From Planctomycetota bacterium (lineage in GTDB: Bacteria > Planctomycetota > Brocadiia > JAADGH01): a stretch of 64,000 bases of DNA. The stretch lies in the NCBI GenBank assembly GCA_040755855.1, contig JBFMAD010000040.1:999-64998 (forward strand), given 5' to 3'. Positions 55,570 to 62,635 of this stretch are shown here, piece after piece (positions within the stretch are counted from its first letter, which is position 1; every line of letters starts with the position of its first letter). Both the position numbers and the translations under genes were made by a program. The notes beneath the pieces are model-generated. The model searched no databases. It saw only the letters and a program-made list of their open reading frames with translations, and had not been told where the DNA came from.

Positions 55570-56046
55570 CTAACGGGACTTTTCTAACGTGACGATCGCC
55601 TGGGCCGCGATGGCCTCGCCGGCTCCGACAGGCCCCAGCCCCTCCATCGTCTTGGCCTTGACGCCCACACGGTCGGGCGCCACGGCGAGCAGCGCAGCGA
55701 TCCGCGCTCGGATCTCCTTTTTCAGGGGGCCAAGCTTGGGTCGCTCGGCCAACACGATGCAGTCCACATTATGGACCTTCAACCGCCGCTCGGCGGCGAT
55801 GGACAGGGCCTCCTCGAGGATCACCTCGCTGGAGATGCCTTCATACTGCGGGTCCGTATCGGGGAAAAGGTCCCCGATGTCCCCCTCCCCCATGGCGCCG
55901 AGGACCGCATCGGTCACCGCGTGCAGGAGCACATCGCCGTCCGAGTGGCCCAGCAGGCCGCGCTCATACTCGATCTGCACGCCGCCGAGGATGAGCCTGC
56001 GCCCCTCCACAAGCCGATGAATGTCATAACCGATGCCGACGAGCAT
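55570..56046 (-). CDS. ispF: 2-C-methyl-D-erythritol 2,4-cyclodiphosphate synthase
   Basis: GIGYDIHRL, GHSDGDVLLHAVTDAVLGA and DIGDLFPDTDP motifs. Confidence 0.95.
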   Translation of the reverse strand: MLVGIGYDIHRLVEGRRLILGGVQIEYERGLLGHSDGDVLLHAVTDAVLGAMGEGDIGDLFPDTDPQYEGISSEVILEEALSIAAERRLKVHNVDCIVLAERPKLGPLKKEIRARIAALLAVAPDRVGVKAKTMEGLGPVGAGEAIAAQAIVTLEKSR

Positions 56047-56357
56047 TCAACCTCACGGTATAAATGGCCGTGTCGCCTGTTATGCCTCAATCCCGATGAG
56101 AACCAACGGCACGGCGGGCACGCCGCGGCCCTGCCTGACAACGTTGTAGAACTCGCCTTCGTAGTAGCCAACCCCAGAACTCATTTGCGACTGAAGAGAT
56201 TTCATGGCAAGAATTTTAACACCGACGTCGATGCGGTCGCGCACTGGAAATATCAGTAATAACCACGCCGGTCTCATCATAGTCGGGGTTTATTCGTCTG
56301 CGCCAAGTCCGTTCTTGGCGCTCAGCACTCGACAAAGTCGAGAAAAGCTTCACCTCT

Positions 56358-57338
56358 TCAGGAAAGCCGCGCCAAATCCTGATTGCCGCCCAAAGACGGC
56401 GTTTCCGATGTCTTTTCATCTGAGCCTCCCGCTTTGGTGACAAGCCGTCTATGCCATGAAAAGACGTCCGCGTATTCAAGGAAAGCGCATTGGCTGCTCA
56501 AGCCGCTGGTCGTGAACGTGGGACGACTTAGTTGGCGCACAAATAGACTTTTTCTCTCGTCGCGTGATACCACGTTGTAGGTTACCGATGAATTTGGGCA
56601 AGTCAAGTGAACATCGTTGAAGCGAAGAAGCGCGGAGTACACTGGTGTGGAATGCTCCACCTCGAACATTGCTCGTAGCGTGCCCACTCCCCGAGCGCAC
56701 CAGATAACGTCAACTTCGGATATGACGCTGCTAATGGGCTCAAACTCTCTTGGGATAACACCATCGCACGGAAAACCTGCTGTAATTGTCCAATCCAGAT
56801 TCCCGCGATCGCTTGGGGGAACCCAAATCTTGTAACCTTTCTTTGCCCCAATGGATCCCAAAAGCGTTTGTACCTGGTTGTGGCTCAGTTCCGGTAACAT
56901 GTCTTGGCGCGAGCGATCAATCATTCGATCAATTCGCTCCCATCCATAACACGACTCGACATTGAACCTTCCGGCATTAGCTACGCTGATCTCGGTACCC
57001 TGATCGCGTATGAAAACTTGCGCCTTGAACTGACCATCGCTTGCTGGTTCTATCGAGTGAAAGACTTCCTCAAAATCGGAATAATCAAGGAAAAGAGGAA
57101 CTTGTTGCGTGTCCCATAGAAAACACACCAACGCAGGATGCCCCTCCATTGCCTGCAAGTCCTGCTTTCTAAGTCCATAGAAGGTTTCACCTCTGCCATG
57201 TACCTTCGAATACCTGATGTAAATGCGGGCGGCGCCGCCGGCGATTTCGATAAGGGAATAACTACCAGGCAATCTCTTCGCGCTTCCATACCGATGAGAA
57301 AGCTCTCGCAGGAACTTATCTTTCGTTGGGTTGGGCAT
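56358..57338 (-). CDS. Hypothetical two-domain protein with a C-terminal PD-(D/E)xK-like nuclease signature
   Basis: Long ORF in an AT-richer insert. C-terminal half: HNQVQTLLGSIGAKKGYKIWVPPSDR ... ISEVDVIWCARGVGTLRAMFEVEHSTPVYSALLRFNDV (D ... E-x-E/H pattern). I do not recognise the N-terminal half. No methyltransferase is adjacent. Confidence 0.7.
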   Translation of the reverse strand: MPNPTKDKFLRELSHRYGSAKRLPGSYSLIEIAGGAARIYIRYSKVHGRGETFYGLRKQDLQAMEGHPALVCFLWDTQQVPLFLDYSDFEEVFHSIEPASDGQFKAQVFIRDQGTEISVANAGRFNVESCYGWERIDRMIDRSRQDMLPELSHNQVQTLLGSIGAKKGYKIWVPPSDRGNLDWTITAGFPCDGVIPREFEPISSVISEVDVIWCARGVGTLRAMFEVEHSTPVYSALLRFNDVHLTCPNSSVTYNVVSRDERKSLFVRQLSRPTFTTSGLSSQCAFLEYADVFSWHRRLVTKAGGSDEKTSETPSLGGNQDLARLS

Positions 57339-57426
57339 AGGAACCTTGCTCTCGCCACACGCGGAACCACTCCGCTTCGTTCATCTTTGCCACGGCATTA
57401 TACCCGCAGCGCCGACATTTGGCAAG

Positions 57427-58158
57427 TCATTTCGGGAAAGAGCGACCGCCCAGATGGGCCGCCAGGGCGCGGGCGAGGAGGAGGTCATCGGGGGTAGTGA
57501 TCTTGATGTTCTCATCGCTGGACTCGACGACGGCCACCGGCTCGCCGAGGCGCTCCACCAGTTCGGCGTCGTCGGTGGCCTGGAAGCCGTCGCGCCGCGC
57601 CCGCTCATAGGCCCGGAGAATAAGATCGCGCCGGAAGACCTGCGGCGTCTGGGCGGCCCACAGGGTCTTGCGGGGGATGGTCGCCCGGATAAAGCGGTCC
57701 GAGCCGACGTCCTTGATCGTCGCCTTCACCGGCGCCGCCAGCATCGCCGCGCCCACGCGCGCGGCGGTCTCGATGGCCTGCCGGATGAGGTCGGGACTGA
57801 CCAGGGGCCGGACCGCGTCGTGGATGGCGACCAGCTCCGCCGTCTCCGCCACATGGGCCAGACCCTGGATCACGCTCTCCTGCCGCGTGGCGCCGCCTAT
57901 GCAGATGTCGGTTGCCTTCACGGCCCGAAGGGCCTCCCCCCACCGTTCCTTCACCATGTCCATGTCGGCGGCGTTGACAACAACGATGATCTCAGCCACC
58001 GCATCAACATCAGCAAATGCCGAGACGGAATGCAGGAGGATGGGTTTGCCGTTCAGGTCGAGGTACGGCTTTCGTATCTCGCCGCCGAAGCGCTTTCCCT
58101 CACCGGCGGCGACGATGATGGCGGAGGCGCGCAGGCGGCCGGGGCGATGGGAGCTCAG
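57427..58158 (-). CDS. ispD: 2-C-methyl-D-erythritol 4-phosphate cytidylyltransferase (non-canonical start)
   Basis: The track ORF starts at GTG 57999, but the open frame upstream encodes the essential N-terminal loop SAIIVAAGEGKRFGGEIRKPYLDLNGKPILLHSV. There is no ATG, GTG or TTG in frame between 57999 and the upstream gene. A CTG at 58158..58156 overlaps the upstream TGA (CTGA). Confidence 0.8.
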   Translation of the reverse strand: MSSHRPGRLRASAIIVAAGEGKRFGGEIRKPYLDLNGKPILLHSVSAFADVDAVAEIIVVVNAADMDMVKERWGEALRAVKATDICIGGATRQESVIQGLAHVAETAELVAIHDAVRPLVSPDLIRQAIETAARVGAAMLAAPVKATIKDVGSDRFIRATIPRKTLWAAQTPQVFRRDLILRAYERARRDGFQATDDAELVERLGEPVAVVESSDENIKITTPDDLLLARALAAHLGGRSFPK

Positions 58159-59192
58159 CTTTCCTCTCCTCTCGGACGGCCGAAGATGAGGCGGCCGGCG
58201 CTCGTCTGGAGGACGTTGGTCACGACGATGGGAATTGTCTTGCCGATCTTGGGGCGGCCCTGGTCCACGACGACCATCGTGCCGTCGTCGAGGAAGCCGA
58301 CGGCCTGGCCCGGTTCCTCGCCGGGCTTCACGAGATGGATTTGCATCTCCTCCCCCTGCATGACATTCGGCTTCATCGCGTTGGCGAGGTCGTTGATGTT
58401 CACCACATCCACGCCCTGGACCTGGGCGATCTTGTTCAGGTTCAGGTCGTTGGTGATGATGCGCCCGTCGAGGGCGGTGGCCATGCGGACGAGGCGGCTG
58501 TCCACGTCGCCCGGGCTGGCGGCCTTGGAGTCCTCGATGCTGATCTCGACGACGCCGCTGCGCTGGAGGCGGTTGAGGATGTCCAGCCCGCGGCGGCCTC
58601 GATTGCGCTTCAGCCGATCCGGCGAATCGGCGATGAGCTGGAGCTCGTCGAGGACGAACTTGGGCACGATGACGGGGCAGTCGAGGACCTTCGTCTCGCA
58701 GATGTCGGCGATCCGCCCGTCAATGATGACGCTGGTATCGAGAAGGACGGGGCGGACGTGCCGCTCCTCGCGCTTGAACTCGACGTAGGGGATGATGAAG
58801 TTGAAGTTGTCCCGCGTGTGATAGATGATTGATACGCCGAAGAGGCAGAAGACCAATGTCAGGCCGAGGCGAAGGACGCCCTCGAAGGCATCCTGCGAGC
58901 TGAAGCCCGCCGTGGTATAGAAGTCCGGCCCCAGCGCGAGGACCACCAGTCGGAAAAAGATGCTGGCCATGACAAAGCCGACCAGAAGGCCGAAGATGAC
59001 CGCGAAAATCACGGAGATTGGTTTCTTGCTGACGATCCACTCCAGTCCCACAAGCACCACCGAGACGACCAGCCCGTAGACCAGCCCGAGTATCTTTTGC
59101 GTGCTGTCGTCAGGAAAGGCCAGATTGGCGGCATGAAATCCGAAGCTCGTGCCCGCGCAGATGAAAATGACTCGCACGATCCACATCAACAT
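58155..59192 (-). CDS. PIN/TRAM-domain membrane protein (YacL-like)
   Basis: Four N-terminal TM helices, then a PIN-like block PVLLDTSVIIDGRI and a C-terminal TRAM-like block GEEPGQAVGFLDDGTMVVVD. It sits upstream of ispD, as yacL does in Bacillus. Confidence 0.8.
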   Translation of the reverse strand: MLMWIVRVIFICAGTSFGFHAANLAFPDDSTQKILGLVYGLVVSVVLVGLEWIVSKKPISVIFAVIFGLLVGFVMASIFFRLVVLALGPDFYTTAGFSSQDAFEGVLRLGLTLVFCLFGVSIIYHTRDNFNFIIPYVEFKREERHVRPVLLDTSVIIDGRIADICETKVLDCPVIVPKFVLDELQLIADSPDRLKRNRGRRGLDILNRLQRSGVVEISIEDSKAASPGDVDSRLVRMATALDGRIITNDLNLNKIAQVQGVDVVNINDLANAMKPNVMQGEEMQIHLVKPGEEPGQAVGFLDDGTMVVVDQGRPKIGKTIPIVVTNVLQTSAGRLIFGRPRGEES

Positions 59193-59223
59193 GGCGTTTC
59201 ACCCTTTCAATATCCCTCTACCT

Positions 59224-60375
59224 CTACACCCTCTCGTACGGATGGAACAGCTTCACGTAATCGTCTTGCGCATACCGGTCGGTCATGCCGGCGATATAAT
59301 CACATACCCCCTGGTGGATGCCCACGTCCTTGCGTTCCGCCCAGGCGAGGTGTTCGTCCGGAAGCTGCTCCGGGGCTTCCACATAGGCCTCGAAGAGTCT
59401 CCGCACGAAATGCTTCGCCTTCCGGGACATGCGCATCACATGGTAGTGCCGATACACCCGGTCCATGAGGAAATCCTCCAGCTCCTCCTTGAGCGCCCGG
59501 ACCTCTTCGGAGAAGCAGACCACATGCCGGTCGGCCCGCCGCACGTCCTCCGGGGAGCGAATCCCCATCTCCTCGATCCGCCGTCGGGTGCTCTCGATCA
59601 GATCGGTCACCTCCAGATTGATAATATACCGGACGGTTAGGGCTCGTTTAAAGCGCAAATCCATATCGGCCTCTTTCATCCGCCCCATGGCTCGCCGCCA
59701 CAGGCCGATGTTCTCCAGGTCCTCCAAGCGGATGATCCGCGCCCCGATGCCGTCGTCCACGTCGTGGCTGTCGTAGGCCACGGCGTCGGCCACCTCAACG
59801 ATCTGCGCCTCGATGAGCACCCGCTCGCCGGGATCGAACTCGCTCGCCGCCGGCTGGTCGTGACGGGTGGAATGTTTTGCGATCGACTCCCGCACCTCGT
59901 GCGACAGGTTCAGGCCCCGGAACTCCGGGTAGCGCACCTCCAGAAGGTCCACCACCCGCAGTCCCTGGCGGTTGTGCTCGAACCCGCCGTGGTCCTTCAT
60001 CAGCTCCCGCAGGGCGTCCTCGCCCGAGTGTCCGAAGGGCGTGTGGCCGATGTCGTGGGCGAGGGCGATCGCCTCGACCAGGTCCTCGTTCACATTCAGC
60101 GTCCGGGCGATCGTCCGGGCGATCTGCGCCACCTCGATGGTGTGCGTCAGGCGCGTGCGGTAGTGGTCGCCCTCGTGGTTCAGGAAGACCTGCGTCTTAT
60201 ACTCGAGCCGGCGGAAGGCGGTGCTGTGGATGATCCGGTCGCGGTCGCGCTGATAGACCATCCGGAAGGGATGCTCCTCCTCCGCGTGCTTCCGGCCGCG
60301 GGTGTCGCGGCTCTTCATGGCATAGGGCGCCAGGACCTCCGCCTCGCGGTTCTCGATGTCAATGCGCGTCAACAT
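59224..60375 (-). CDS. dgt: dGTP triphosphohydrolase-like HD-domain protein
   Basis: FRMVYQRDRDRIIHSTAFRRLEYKTQVF...HYRTRLTHTIEVAQIAR...LAHDIGHTPFGHSGE. Confidence 0.9.
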   Translation of the reverse strand: MLTRIDIENREAEVLAPYAMKSRDTRGRKHAEEEHPFRMVYQRDRDRIIHSTAFRRLEYKTQVFLNHEGDHYRTRLTHTIEVAQIARTIARTLNVNEDLVEAIALAHDIGHTPFGHSGEDALRELMKDHGGFEHNRQGLRVVDLLEVRYPEFRGLNLSHEVRESIAKHSTRHDQPAASEFDPGERVLIEAQIVEVADAVAYDSHDVDDGIGARIIRLEDLENIGLWRRAMGRMKEADMDLRFKRALTVRYIINLEVTDLIESTRRRIEEMGIRSPEDVRRADRHVVCFSEEVRALKEELEDFLMDRVYRHYHVMRMSRKAKHFVRRLFEAYVEAPEQLPDEHLAWAERKDVGIHQGVCDYIAGMTDRYAQDDYVKLFHPYERV

Positions 60376-60378
60376 GGC

Positions 60379-60855
60379 TCACGCAAACTGTTTTCGCAAT
60401 TGATTCCAGACATCTTCCAGCGACTGGGGGATCACCTTCGTCCCCGAGAGCGCGCTCATAAAGTTCGTATCGCCCGACCATCGCGGCACGATATGGATGT
60501 GAAAGTGCCCCGGCAGACCTGCCCCCGCGGCCTCGCCCACATTGGCGCCGATGTTGAACCCCTGCGGCTTCATTTCCTTCTGCAACGCGAGCTGGGCGTC
60601 GCGCGTCAGGAGCATCAGCCCCGTCATATCCTCCTCGGTTAGATCCTCCAGCCCGGCCTTGTGCGCGCAGGGGGCGATAAGGAGGTGTCCATTATTGTAC
60701 GGGAACCGGTTCAGGACGCAGAGGCAGCTATCGCGGCGGCAGACAATCAGCGCCGCCTTGTCGTCTGTTGCCTTCACCGCCTCGCACAGAAAGCAGCCGG
60801 TGGTCTTGTCGCTCAAGATATACTCCAATCTCCATGGCGCCCAGAGGTGCTGCAT
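60379..60855 (-). CDS. HIT family (histidine triad) nucleotide hydrolase/transferase
   Basis: LNRFPYNNGHLLIAP ... GLPGHFHIHIVPRW (HxHxHxx motif). Confidence 0.9.
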   Translation of the reverse strand: MQHLWAPWRLEYILSDKTTGCFLCEAVKATDDKAALIVCRRDSCLCVLNRFPYNNGHLLIAPCAHKAGLEDLTEEDMTGLMLLTRDAQLALQKEMKPQGFNIGANVGEAAGAGLPGHFHIHIVPRWSGDTNFMSALSGTKVIPQSLEDVWNQLRKQFA

Positions 60856-60859
60856 TCGG

Positions 60860-61342
60860 TTAATCCAGAGGAACTATCGTCGCCAGAATCTCGTCCCCTT
60901 CTATGCTGATGATACCAAACGAGCGATACGGCGCAAAATGAAGATCCGTCGGGCTGCCGGGGTTGAACATCAATACGCCGTCCACTGTCTCGTTTATCGG
61001 CCGGTGCGAGTGGCCGAACACGATCATATCCACGTCGTCGAACTTTGCCCGCACACGGTTGTGAATCCCCAAGGGTCCGCCGCTGCCATGGATGAGGCCG
61101 ATTCGCTTCCCCTCGGCCTGTATAATGGTCTTGTCCGGCAGCGCCTCGCGCGTCGCGGGCGGGTCCATGTTGCCGTACACAGCCCGGACGGGGGCGAGTT
61201 CCTCCAGCCCGTCAATCACGGCCAGCTCGATGATATCCCCCGCGTGAAGGATCAATTCTACGTCGCGGAAGGCTTCGAACACCTCGGTGGGGATGTCGGA
61301 GGCGCCGGCAGCATGGGTATCGGACAGCACACCGATCTTCAT
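60860..61342 (-). CDS. YfcE/MJ0936-family metallophosphoesterase
   Basis: MKIGVLSDTHA, HAGD, YGNMD and FGHSH motifs. The true ATG is at 61342, inside track ORF 60860..61585. Confidence 0.9.
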   Translation of the reverse strand: MKIGVLSDTHAAGASDIPTEVFEAFRDVELILHAGDIIELAVIDGLEELAPVRAVYGNMDPPATREALPDKTIIQAEGKRIGLIHGSGGPLGIHNRVRAKFDDVDMIVFGHSHRPINETVDGVLMFNPGSPTDLHFAPYRSFGIISIEGDEILATIVPLD

Positions 61343-61380
61343 GGAGAAACTCAGGACCACCTCGTCAGAGAACGGCTTCC

Positions 61381-61605
61381 TCACCGGCAGCCGGCGCAAC
61401 TGCTGCGCCTGCAACCGGCGCAGCTCGATGATCCCCCCGAAGATGATTTTCGGCTGCCCCCGGACATGGCAAACACCGACGGAAGCCTGCCGGTCTTCTT
61501 CGACCCGCATTTGGGGCAGATCGGCTTCCTCTTGTCCGAGGCGCTCCGAAAGAGCTCCTCGAAAGCCTTCCCGCACTTCCTGCACTCAAATTCGTATATC
61601 GGCAT
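61381..61605 (-). CDS. FmdB-family zinc-ribbon protein (CxxC_CxxC_SSSS)
   Basis: MPIYEFECRKCGKAFEEL ... CPKCGS and a Ser/Gly/Cys-rich tail. Confidence 0.85.
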   Translation of the reverse strand: MPIYEFECRKCGKAFEELFRSASDKRKPICPKCGSKKTGRLPSVFAMSGGSRKSSSGGSSSCAGCRRSSCAGCR

Positions 61606-61612
61606 CGCCGCG

Positions 61613-62389
61613 TCACGGAAGATAACTGATGGGGTTCACCGGCTGCTTTCCCTGGAATACTTTAAACAGCAGCTGCGGGGAGTCCGCTCGCCCCGTCTGG
61701 CCCACCTCTCCGATGACGTGGCCCTGTCGCACATGATCGTTAGGCGAAACGGAAATCTTCGACAGATATCCATAGAATGTTGAATACCCGTCGCTGTGCT
61801 GGAGGATGATCACTTTTCCGTATCCCTGAACGTTCTCCGATGCAAAAGAGACCACCCCCGTCTTGGCGGCGACCACCCTATCCCCGGCATTGCCTCCGAT
61901 GGTGATGTGTCGGTGCTCCAGGCCGTGGCCGTCCTCGTCGTAGGGCTGGAGGATCCGGCCGCGGAGGGGCCAGATGAAGTTCGGCTCCGAGATCACGCCG
62001 CTCATGTCCGGCTCGGCGACGACCCGCTGCAAGGGCGCCGCCGCCTGCGGCGACGGTCCGCCACCCCCAGGAATGACAAGCCGTTGGCCCACCTTGAGGA
62101 GGTTCCGGTCGTAGATATCGTTCGCCTGGATCACCTCACTCGGGCTGCGGCCATACCGTCGGCAGATGGAATTGAGGGTTTCGCCGCGCTGGACGATGTG
62201 GATCATGCCGCCGGGGGCGACCTGCGTCTGGCCCGGGGGACCGAGGCCGGAGAGCTCGTCGCGGACCTCCTTGGGCACGTCCGCCTTCTTCGGCCCACAT
62301 CCTGCAAGCCACAGCGCCGTCGCACAGATTACGGTCAATCTGGTGAGGTTATGCCGAGGCAACATCTCCGCTCCATAGGCAGTCAGCAC
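61613..62389 (-). CDS. LysM plus degenerate LytM (M23-like) lipoprotein, NlpD-like
   Basis: Lipobox LWLAGC, LysM HIVQRGETLNSICRRYG...LKVGQRLVIP, and an M23 fold (VVSFASENVQGYGKVIILQHSDGYSTFYGYL). The HxH position reads QLLFKV and the HxxxD position reads HRHIT. Confidence 0.85.
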   Translation of the reverse strand: MLTAYGAEMLPRHNLTRLTVICATALWLAGCGPKKADVPKEVRDELSGLGPPGQTQVAPGGMIHIVQRGETLNSICRRYGRSPSEVIQANDIYDRNLLKVGQRLVIPGGGGPSPQAAAPLQRVVAEPDMSGVISEPNFIWPLRGRILQPYDEDGHGLEHRHITIGGNAGDRVVAAKTGVVSFASENVQGYGKVIILQHSDGYSTFYGYLSKISVSPNDHVRQGHVIGEVGQTGRADSPQLLFKVFQGKQPVNPISYLP

Positions 62390-62425
62390 GCGCTTGCTAA
62401 CGCGCGCGCTGTTACAGGAAAAGGA

Positions 62426-62500
62426 TGGAGCGGCGTAAGGGATTCGAACCCTCGACCCCCAGCTTGGGAAGCTGGTATTCTACCGCTGAACTAACGCCGC
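62426..62500 (-). tRNA. tRNA-Gly (anticodon CCC), CCA encoded
   Basis: Reverse complement: GCGGCGT-TA-GTTC-AGCGGTA-GAAT-A-CCAGC-TTCCCAA-GCTGG-GGGTC-GAGGG-TTCGAAT-CCCTT-ACGCCGC-T-CCA. Clean cloverleaf with a TTCGAAT T-loop. Confidence 0.9.
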
Positions 62501-62584
62501 TCGGGATACAACTACTCTATCCTATCTAACATCCCCGTCAATAATTGTCAAGGATTTTTGCGCCAATTTACCGATGTACGTGAA

Positions 62585-62610
62585 ACGGGACGGGCCGATG
62601 CCCGTCCCGT
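62585..62610 (-). terminator. Perfect 11-bp GC-rich hairpin downstream of the surface-protein gene
   Basis: acgggacgggc, loop cgat, gcccgtcccgt. It lies 26 nt after the TAG at 62636-62638 on the minus strand. The U-tract is weak. Confidence 0.5.
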
Positions 62611-62635
62611 CGTTCGGATAAGAACCTTGAGACAG

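Noticed and set aside
56080-56479. Small overlapping ORFs 56216..56479 (87 aa) and 56080..56280 (66 aa) downstream of the nuclease-like gene
   Set aside because: They overlap each other and the 3' end of the 326-aa ORF in different frames, and I recognise no family. They may be fragments of a decayed gene, but I cannot support either as a CDS.
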